A DNA stretch of 64,000 nt. Source: a bacterium (GTDB lineage Bacteria > Patescibacteriota > JABMPQ01 > JBDRIV01). This document shows positions 50,812 through 59,200 of this stretch, piece by piece. Position 1 is the stretch's first letter, and each line of letters opens with the position of its first letter. The stretch spans positions 186,051 through 250,050 of the forward strand of contig JBDRIV010000004.1 in assembly GCA_043815505.1 (NCBI GenBank), written 5' to 3'. The translations under genes and the position numbers were made by a program. A model generated the notes under the pieces. That model searched no databases and had not been told where the DNA came from. It saw nothing but the letters and a program-made list of their open reading frames with translations.

Positions 50812-51408
50812 TTACTCCTTGAATCTCTTGATTTCGACGTGATCTTCTCTTATCTTTATCAATTTGTTGACCACAGCTGTCGTTTTATTAGTTGAGATAA
50901 ACTCTATAAATTGGATTTCTGAATTCTGAAAAACGGTTTTGGTTAACGTTTCTCCAGGGTTGAGTTCCTGCAGAACACTGTCCTGCTTGGGGTCATGTAG
51001 GATAAGAATAACTTCTTCATCATCTGTTACAACTCGTTGCAAAATTAGAAGATAAAGAGTCAGGATCTCATCACCAACATTGGTGAAATTCGCGAGGTAT
51101 TGATTATCTTCTGATTCCTCAACACATAATTCGACTCTGTGAAGAAGTTTGGTTTCACCAAAATCGATTAACTCTTCTACTTCCAATGGTTCATTTCCAC
51201 CATTGGAATTAATATCACCAATCGACCTCGGCTCAAAAACGACCTCCTTTTCATTAACTACATCCGTAAACGCTGGTAGAAAGAAAACCCTCTTTCCTTT
51301 CACGGTACCTTCAGTAACGTTGATAGCAACGTAAATGAGTGCAACGATTGCTGCTCCCGCCAACAAACAGGCAATAAACCTTATAACATTTGCTGTTTCG
51401 ACTTTCAT
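50812..51408 (-). CDS. N-anchored hypothetical protein
   Basis: 198 aa; GGGAGG SD. Confidence 0.65.
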   Translation of the reverse strand: MKVETANVIRFIACLLAGAAIVALIYVAINVTEGTVKGKRVFFLPAFTDVVNEKEVVFEPRSIGDINSNGGNEPLEVEELIDFGETKLLHRVELCVEESEDNQYLANFTNVGDEILTLYLLILQRVVTDDEEVILILHDPKQDSVLQELNPGETLTKTVFQNSEIQFIEFISTNKTTAVVNKLIKIREDHVEIKRFKE

Positions 51409-51471
51409 TTTTTTCTTCCTCCCAATGAATTTGTTTTTGAAACTATTTCGAGATGTAAGAGTGCTATATTT

Positions 51472-51678
51472 ATCCTACTAAAAACCGCCCTCCTGCGCAA
51501 TGCTCCTGAGCGGGCAGGCCTGTTTTTTACCAGCCTGGGGCGGGGGCGATTTTTTGGATGCCATACGACCAAACCTATCTTGGATAGGAACGGGTCACTT
51601 GGCAACTTTGCTTATTGGTTTGAGTGTCGCGTGTCCAGCTGAACTGCGTGCAGCTTGAGTGGATGTTGTTAGAACCAG
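51472..51678. repeat. complete junction repeat A+B+C with inserts
   Basis: all three modules in order. Confidence 0.9.
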
Positions 51679-51805
51679 ATTGATGGTTAGTACTTGACAA
51701 TTGTATAATAAAGTGTTATTCTTCTATGATTCAATGAGTACAAGTTTCTGCTTTATAAACAGCTACTTCCTTGTTGAAGTATGCACATTTCTGGAGGTAC
51801 AGAAA

Positions 51806-51928
51806 ATGTTTTGGTGGCAAAGGACAAACATTGTTCACGGTGGATATCGAGTCGAATACGAAGTGATGAATAACATCGTGGCTGGTACACAAACATACAC
51901 AGGCAGGCATCGTTATGTTCCTGCCTAA
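51806..51928 (+). CDS. small hypothetical peptide (40 aa)
   Basis: GGAGGT SD before ATG 51806; TTGACA-17-TATTCT at 51694-51722. Confidence 0.45.
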   Translation: MFWWQRTNIVHGGYRVEYEVMNNIVAGTQTYTGRHRYVPA

Positions 51929-51974
51929 ACAGTATCTTTGCCTTCGGGGCGTTAGTGAAACTAACGTCCTTTTC

Positions 51975-52077
51975 TTCTACCAAAAAACCGCCTGTTTGGC
52001 GATTTTTTGTTTACAACTGAAGTGTCGCGTGTCCAGCTGAACTGTGTGCAGCTGGGTGGACGTTGTTAGAACCAGGA
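51975..52077. repeat. junction repeat A+C
   Basis: CTACCAAAAAACCGCCTGTTTGGCGATTTTTTGTTTACAACT...GTTGTTAGAACCAGGA; abuts the stop codon at 52078. Confidence 0.92.
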
Positions 52078-52482
52078 TTACTCAAAGAAATTATCCATTA
52101 TCTGCTTAGCGTCTTCTAAATCACCATATTTCTTGCAATCAACACCTGACCCTAGAATCATACCTGATACTCTTTTCCCATCTTGTAGTTTGTATAAACA
52201 TAGTATTTTTTTATCGTTCTCCAATGCTCTACCAATTTCGTATCCAACCCCCAATGATGGAATTGTAATTTCTGCAACAACCACATCTGAACTTAAAAGC
52301 CATTTCATATCACGATTATGTATAATTTCATCTTTCTCATTCTCTCCTAGACTGTTTAGATTACTATCACCAATATGCTCTGTAAGCACTTCTCCATATT
52401 TTTTTAGATGTTCAATGATTTGTAAATACAAATCTGTATCATCTCTGCCACCTCTTATGGCTCCAGCAAAATATATTTTCAT
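52078..52482 (-). CDS. nucleoside 2-deoxyribosyltransferase / DNPH1(Rcl)-like N-glycosidase
   Basis: KIYFAGAIRGGR, VLTEH, RDMKWL, SLGVGYEIG. Confidence 0.9.
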   Translation of the reverse strand: MKIYFAGAIRGGRDDTDLYLQIIEHLKKYGEVLTEHIGDSNLNSLGENEKDEIIHNRDMKWLLSSDVVVAEITIPSLGVGYEIGRALENDKKILCLYKLQDGKRVSGMILGSGVDCKKYGDLEDAKQIMDNFFE

Positions 52483-52505
52483 TTTTGAAATTTAATTACT
52501 TCTAC

Positions 52506-52576
52506 ATCCTACCAAAAAACCGCCACTTTGGCGATTTTTTGTTTACAACTCCGCATTGTAGACAACATTAGAACCA
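52506..52576. repeat. junction repeat A plus divergent C
   Basis: A-TTTACAACTC|CGCATTGTAGACAACATTAGAACC. Confidence 0.85.
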
Positions 52577-52997
52577 TATTAATGAAGCAGAAAGGGTGTG
52601 TTTATATACCAGACTTAAGGCCAGAAGCCTTAAAGAAGTAATTACCCCACACCTGTTTACACTATATATCAAATAAAAAAAGACCTTTTAACAATGTAGA
52701 GGTCTAACTGCGGTTGTGGTTTATGGATCAACATTGGGGAGAAATTCGACTTTTAGAATGGCAGAGAATTCTACTTCAATTCTTGTGCCGAAGTTTTCGA
52801 TAATCCTGTCGCAAACTCGTTCGATCTCCGTTATAACTGATGCCACCTGCGATTCCATCAGGGGAGAATACATTCCGATGTTCCCATCAAGGGTGTAACT
52901 ACCCCTCTTAATTATCACGTTGCAGGTCCCGACTGTGAGCTTGTTTTAACTGGGTTTCTTAGAATTGTTGGGGATTTTAGCAATACATAATAGAAAA

Positions 52998-53828
52998 TCA
53001 CGACTTTTTTAATGCAGCACTTAGTTGTTTCACAAATCTTTCATTACTCTTAGATGCCTCATCTTGCTCCTTTGAAATGTTTGTTACAGAGTTAATTGTC
53101 TTTATTAGTTCAAATAGTAGACTTCCCGTATTCATAAATAGAGTCGTATGGTTCTTTTCCATATGCATTTCCAGGCTTTCCATTTCGGGAGTCTCACCAG
53201 GTGTAAATACCCCAGTATGAAACAAGAACCCATATAATGACCCGTGCAGTGATTCAGAAGCATCTGTATAATACAGGGTCTGATAAATTAGAAAATGACC
53301 TATATTTGATTCTGAATTCTCCCCAATGATTTTTATTCTCTCCGGTATAGATGTATTGGTCCACCTTCTGATTTCTTTACCTTTTTTTGTAGTAAACTTT
53401 TTTAGAGCAATATCTAATTCTGACCCCTTCTTTGGTTCTTTCTTACCAGAATATTCTAATTTTATTTTTTGATCTCCAGCTTTAAATTCCTGATCAAGCC
53501 TTCGATAGGCTTTTTGTATTGTATATAAATAGTAATTATTGAACTCATCATCGGAACAAGTCAGTAAGTAGCAAATATTTACTACTCCCTCAAAATATCC
53601 TCTCGCAATCATTACAGATGCATTATAAAATCTATCATCTTCACTGAGCCTTTCCAATGCTCCTACGGTAGATAGTAAACTTCCAATAGCTACCAATATT
53701 TTTTTAACCCTTTCATGCTTGGGCGATTTCTTGAAAATTCCGTATACAATACTTGCTTGCTCTGATAAGAATATTCTTGATTTAGCTGTAAGGATTTTTG
53801 AACCAAAAAAGAGAGCACTCTGATTCAT
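52998..53828 (-). CDS. DUF5677-like helical protein
   Basis: IARGYFEGVVNICYL and YxxASESLHGS motifs. Confidence 0.65.
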   Translation of the reverse strand: MNQSALFFGSKILTAKSRIFLSEQASIVYGIFKKSPKHERVKKILVAIGSLLSTVGALERLSEDDRFYNASVMIARGYFEGVVNICYLLTCSDDEFNNYYLYTIQKAYRRLDQEFKAGDQKIKLEYSGKKEPKKGSELDIALKKFTTKKGKEIRRWTNTSIPERIKIIGENSESNIGHFLIYQTLYYTDASESLHGSLYGFLFHTGVFTPGETPEMESLEMHMEKNHTTLFMNTGSLLFELIKTINSVTNISKEQDEASKSNERFVKQLSAALKKS

Positions 53829-53853
53829 ATAAATTCTTTAATAATTTTGTTCC

Positions 53854-53927
53854 ATCCTACCAAAAAACCGCCTGTTTGGCGATTCTTTGTTTACAACTCA
53901 GTGTCGTGGACGTTGTTAGAACTAGAA
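53854..53927. repeat. minimal junction repeat A+C
   Basis: ATCCTACCAAAAAACCGCCTGTTTGGCGATTCTTTGTTTACAACTCAGTGTCGTGGACGTTGTTAGAACTAGAA; abuts the stop codon at 53928. Confidence 0.95.
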
Positions 53928-54968
53928 TCACTTCTCTACAATCGTAATTATTCCTTTCTCGGCGTCAACTTCTACTTTATCGCCATCTTTAAGCACTTGT
54001 GTTGCATTCTTTGTGCCAACTATACATGGGACACCTAGTTCTCTGGCGATAATAGCTGCGTGACATAAAAGCCCTCCTTCATTTGTTACTATGGCAGAAG
54101 CTTTTTTCACTGCATGCAATAGTCTGGGAGTTGTCATTATAGAAACCAAAACATCTCCTTGCTTAATTTTTTTGATATCAGCTTTGGTATTCACAATACG
54201 AACAATACCCACCACCTTACCAGAATAAGCTTTAATGCCGGCTATTTCACTAGTTTTAGCTATCTTTTCCGGTAACAATTGACTCTTTTCAATTTCTTTT
54301 GCTTTATTCTTTGTAAATATTTGTATTTTATTATTTTGTAACCAAAGAACATAGTATTTTTCTCTTTCACTCAATTTTTTACTATCAATCAATTTATCGT
54401 TTTGAATAAGACCAAGGAATTCACTGGGTAAGTAGAACATCAGATTCTTCTGAGAGATTCCATACTTTTCTGAGAGACTGATAAAAAATGGTGATGTCTT
54501 ATCCCAAGCAGCACAACTTTCAACTTCGGCTTGTTCGTGCCATTTCCCAACTATATTTAGATCTTTTAGTTTGTTATTTTTTGATTCTAAGTACTTAATC
54601 ACATATTCTGTATAATACACAATACCTCTTGCTAATTTATATTGACTTATAAAGCGTTTAAGTTCTTTATAGTTTTTTTTAGTTATTAGGGAATTAGTAG
54701 AATTTTTGAGCTCACTCAATATATGTTCCCAGGAAGGAATTAGTCTTTCCAAATAGCCATTTTTGTATTCCCTTCTAATGATTTCCTGTTGACCTTCAAT
54801 ATCGGAAGCAAGTTCATATACTGCTGTTAAGCTGTCATTGTTAACAACAAATAAATTTCTAACCTTAAACTCTGATTTATTACCAAACATTTCTCTGTAA
54901 CCATCAATACGAATGAATCTCTCTAATAGAACGGTTTCTCTTGTAACAAGAAGTTTCCAATCGTTCAT
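53928..54968 (-). CDS. protein with a C-terminal PEP-utilising phosphohistidine swivel domain
   Basis: VTNEGGLLCHAAIIARELGVPCIVG...DGDKVEVDAEKG. Confidence 0.9.
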   Translation of the reverse strand: MNDWKLLVTRETVLLERFIRIDGYREMFGNKSEFKVRNLFVVNNDSLTAVYELASDIEGQQEIIRREYKNGYLERLIPSWEHILSELKNSTNSLITKKNYKELKRFISQYKLARGIVYYTEYVIKYLESKNNKLKDLNIVGKWHEQAEVESCAAWDKTSPFFISLSEKYGISQKNLMFYLPSEFLGLIQNDKLIDSKKLSEREKYYVLWLQNNKIQIFTKNKAKEIEKSQLLPEKIAKTSEIAGIKAYSGKVVGIVRIVNTKADIKKIKQGDVLVSIMTTPRLLHAVKKASAIVTNEGGLLCHAAIIARELGVPCIVGTKNATQVLKDGDKVEVDAEKGIITIVEK

Positions 54969-55006
54969 AATAAACTATCAATTAAAAATATTTCTTTCAT
55001 AACTCA

Positions 55007-55160
55007 ATCCTACCAAAAAACCGCCCTTCGGTAAACTCAGGATATATACCTGTTTGGCGATTCTTTGGGTGCCGAACGACCTTTGCAGTTCCGGATAGGA
55101 ACGGGTCACTTGGCAACTTTGCTTATTGGCTCAGTGTCGTGGACGTTGTTAGAACCAGGA
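55007..55160. repeat. complete junction repeat A+B+C
   Basis: A with an inverted REP-like insert CTTCGGTAAACTCAG, B variant, TTGGCTCAGTGTCGTGGACGTTGTTAGAACCAGGA. Confidence 0.95.
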
Positions 55161-55225
55161 TAATAAAAACTCAGAATCATTTTTATATCATTGATTAGAA
55201 TATGGTATAATACTATGTAGAAAAT

Positions 55226-56041
55226 ATGTCTTTGTGTTTATGTGCAAAGATTCGTAAACTTCGTATCCTTATTCATCGCTGTATGAAAAGAGTAACAAAA
55301 ACTACCTTGATAGCTGTTGGTTCTATAATAGGACTGATAATTCTTGTGTATCTTTATTTCTTTTTTGGGGAAATCAGAAGAATGCATTTTTCAAGTTGTG
55401 ATACTGCTGTAACTGAAACATCATCCTTAGAAAAAATTGAACAAGTTTCAATGGCTTATTATAAATCTCCAAACCCCGATATTGTTGTTCCAATGATTAA
55501 TACTCTTACAGAACAAGACACATTTCAAACAAATTCCTTTGGTCCAATGGCTGCATTTTTTAGTAGAATCTTTGCAGATAACCCAGACAAATTAGAAAGA
55601 TGGGTTATGCAAGACCTTTGTGGTTTAAATAATCAACCTCTTTCAACTTTTGATGTGGTTGTAAATGCTTTATGGATGGCCGATACCCCTGAAGCAAGAG
55701 ACATTCTTAATAAAATTGAAGATACAACAAAAGTCCCTGATGGAAAAAATTATATTGAAAGTCAAATAACTAGAGAGGTATTGGATTTAAAAACTATGAG
55801 TGTTACAACCTCTTTGGATTTAGATATTATTTGGTCCGCATTTTTTGCAACTGGAGATAAAGAATATATTGAACAAATTGTCTCTGTTCTCTATTCAGAT
55901 GATGAAAATTCGTCTAATGATGTCTTATTAGAATCTACTGCTAAGTGGTCCCTTAAATCAAATTACGCGGACAATCCAAAAATAAAGGAAGTATGTGACT
56001 TGAATTCTGAATGCAAGAATCAACTTTTTTCTGAAGAATAA
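55226..56041 (+). CDS. N-anchored helical hypothetical protein (start probably at MKRVTK)
   Basis: TM; LDIIWSAFFATGD...AKWSLKSN motif. Confidence 0.75.
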   Translation: MSLCLCAKIRKLRILIHRCMKRVTKTTLIAVGSIIGLIILVYLYFFFGEIRRMHFSSCDTAVTETSSLEKIEQVSMAYYKSPNPDIVVPMINTLTEQDTFQTNSFGPMAAFFSRIFADNPDKLERWVMQDLCGLNNQPLSTFDVVVNALWMADTPEARDILNKIEDTTKVPDGKNYIESQITREVLDLKTMSVTTSLDLDIIWSAFFATGDKEYIEQIVSVLYSDDENSSNDVLLESTAKWSLKSNYADNPKIKEVCDLNSECKNQLFSEE

Positions 56042-56059
56042 TAAATAAAAAGATTTTCT

Positions 56060-56200
56060 TTACCAAAAAACAGGGTTATTCCCTGTTTTTATTTTCAACT
56101 CACTCACTGGGACGATTTTCGAACTTTCAAATGGATTGATGGGAACATCGAAGAGCTACTTAGTGAAATTAAAACTCAGTGTCGTGGACGTTGCTAGAGC
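56060..56200. repeat. A-like hairpin, alternative right half, then module C
   Basis: TACCAAAAAACAGGG/CCCTGTTTTT; CAACTC|ACTCACTGGGACGATTTTCGAACT; AAACTCAGTGTCGTGGACGTTGCTAGA. Confidence 0.8.
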
Positions 56201-56238
56201 TGATGCAGCGTTTAATTATTCTATACTTGATATGATTA

Positions 56239-59200
56239 TTATGTGTTCAGTAGCGATACAATGTCTTTGATTATTATTCCCTTGTCATTCCTCTGATTCG
56301 TCCAATCTGAATATTTTATTCTATAAAAGTCCCACCCAGCAACCTCTAATCTTTCCTGTCTATCAAGGTCATTCTGTACATATATTGATAATTCATCGTC
56401 AAGTTCATCTTTGAAATGAGTTGGGCCATCACATTCAAAAGCGATTTTTTGACCATTGCTCTTATTATGTATCACGAAGTCAATTATATAACCACAACTG
56501 TTAACCTGGCTACGAATAGAGTAATCTTTGCCAAGCTCACTTCTCAAATAATCGTATACATTCTCTTCGAATTTATTTGTACATTTTATTTTCTCGTTAG
56601 TGAGATCGCCAATCTCTCCATTTTTATTAACATATTCTAAATATCTTTTTATCCAAATACCGCCAGGAATCTCAGAAATCGGCATACTTATAAAGCAATG
56701 AACCTGCTTTTTAGCTCTAGAGAAAGCAACATTTACTCGTCCCGTATTTATTGCTCCTTGAATATCTCCGCCCTCTCCAGTTAATGGTACGTATTTTCGT
56801 TTATCTTCTTTATTTTTTATTACAAATGAATAAAGAACTATGTCCTTCTCATCACCTTGAATTCCCTCAATTATACTTATTTTATAATTATCCTCTTCTT
56901 CTTTGTATCCTGCTTCTTCAAATACTTCTCTAATGTAAGATGCCTGTGCGTTAAAGAATGTTAAAATCCCAACAGACATCTCTGAGCACCGTTTTTCTTT
57001 TCTAATTTCTCCAAAATATTTAAGTATTGCTTTTGCTTCACTAACATTTATCTTGTCTGAAATCTCCTCACTTAAATCTACCTCTACTTGATTAATGGTC
57101 ATTATTCTGTTTGTATTCTTGTATGTTATATAGTTATCGTTTACAACTACCAGACCTTTGTTTTTTGGTTTATAGAAATACTTATTACTAAAACCTATTA
57201 ATTCTCTAGGTGACCTATAATGATATCTGAGAGATATCATTTGAGTTCCCCTTAATTCCGAAATATCAAGCACAGATTGCACCGCATCACCAGTTGCTTT
57301 AATTTTTAGTTCGTCAGGAATATTATATTTTTTAGCCAACTCATCAAAAAACTTATTTGATTTAAACCGTGTAGTACCATCTTTCATTTGCTCACTATCA
57401 CCAACGAATATAACCTTTTTCCCCCTAAACATTGAGGGTAATGTGTATGCTATATTGCATTCGGAAGCTTCGTCAAGTATTACAATATCAAAAATATTGG
57501 GGTCCAGTGGAATAAGACGACTCGCATCATCTAGTTCCATAACCCAAGTAGGTATAAGATCAACTATTGTTCTAAAATTTTCTGGGTTCTTCCTGAGGTC
57601 ATCAAAGGTTTTAAAGGCTCTTTTTGATTTTCTGAATGCTTTTGCTAATTTACTTATAATTGCTCTATTTTTTTGAATTTTCCACTTTTCAAACAATTTA
57701 TTATTAATAATATTTTGCAAATAGTTTGCAATATGATCATTCTTTCCCTTTCTTGCATTCTTAATCTTTTTGGAAATATCATTTATATTGAATCTTGTCG
57801 ATTTCTCCAATTCTCTTCTTTGCTTTTCTAATTTGTATACTTTAATAACATTATCTTTTGCGCTATCAAAATTCCTTTTTGACTTTTCAATAACTAGACT
57901 ATTAAACAGCTTGAAGCTATTTTCAGATAAGCCACAAGTCTCTAGACTCTTCTTTACTACTGTTTTTAATTCCTTAATTTTGTTTTTATTCTCGCAAAAT
58001 ACTAGATAGTTTTCTAACTCCATTAACTCAATTTCTTGTGATTTTCTTGAAGACTCTTTATTTAGTGCTTCATCAATATAGTCAATAATTTCCTTAGGTA
58101 GTTTTTCTCGTGTTCGTTTCAACCTTACTTTACGCTTAAGATTATTAAATGCTCTTATTATATTTGAATTTCTGTCGTAGCCAGTTTTATGTACATCACT
58201 TAAAATACTCTTAATGGCGACAGAGAAACCTTTTACTGTTAAATCATAGTTGTGAAATAATTCATCAAATTTATTCTTATGGCTAGAAGTATGATATTCT
58301 TCTCTCTCTTCTTGGATTCTATTGACTAATGTCCTATTATTGTTTATTTCTTTCCACATCTTCTCATCGAAAGTATCTGTGAGCTTAGATACATTTCTAA
58401 TTGGAACAATAAAACTCTCTAGATCACTAATTTTCTGAGATTTTGAGAAAATTTCTCTTTGGACCTCTACTACGCTATTAAACAGTTTTTTTAATTTATT
58501 TAGTTCTGTAGATTCTTTGTTAATTAGTTTTTTAGAATCATCGTGTAAATCATTCTTATTATACTCGATAAGTTTTTTTCTAATATCAGTATTAATTCCG
58601 ATGTTTTCCATATGTGCAGCTAAACTAGTTAGCATATTTGCCACACCATCTTTTTCATCAATTTCGTTAACCTGTGCTGAAGACAAATTTGGAATATAAC
58701 CAAAAAGGTATGCAACATTAAGTTCCTTTAGCTTGTCCTTCACTACTTTTACTGCTTGTGATTTTTGGCTCACAAATAACACTCTCTTTCCAGTAGCTGA
58801 ATAATGACATATGAGATTTGCTATTGTTTGAGATTTTCCAGTCCCAGGAGGACCCTGAATAATAGAAGCTTTGTTTTTTGATAAACCAAGAGATCTATAT
58901 TGTGACTCATCATAAGGAAATGGGAAATATACTTCCTTGTCGGTGACACTGTCACCAAAGCCATCGAATTCATCATCCCAATCCTCCGTCCAGCTGGATA
59001 AAGAGGTTTCATTAAGATCCTTTTCATCAACATTTATCATATTCTGGAGATCTTCAGCCAGGAAATAATTTGACTTTGAACTCAGTGCTATTTGCATTTC
59101 TTCTAATGAAAAGGATTTCTCATCATATATTGCTTCAGTTGTTTTTAGAAGTGCTTTTGTTTTATGCCATATATCAATAAATACTTTGTCATCTGTTATA

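Larger units (their letters stand above)
46634..56200. mobile_element. putative gene-cassette array delimited by modular A/B/C junction repeats
   Basis: junctions at about 46634, 47141, 47788, 48292, 48892, 50544, 50711, 51472, 51975, 52506, 53854, 55007, 56060, 56171 separate unrelated short cargo genes; mobility is inferred. Confidence 0.65.

Noticed and set aside
51975-53927. canonical integron attC sites
   Set aside because: TTCTAAC follows stop codons, but no matching GTTRRRY end or single long attC hairpin is present; no intI in the window
46634-56200. CRISPR array
   Set aside because: Spacers are 0.1-1.5 kb and contain genes; repeats are modular and variable; no cas genes
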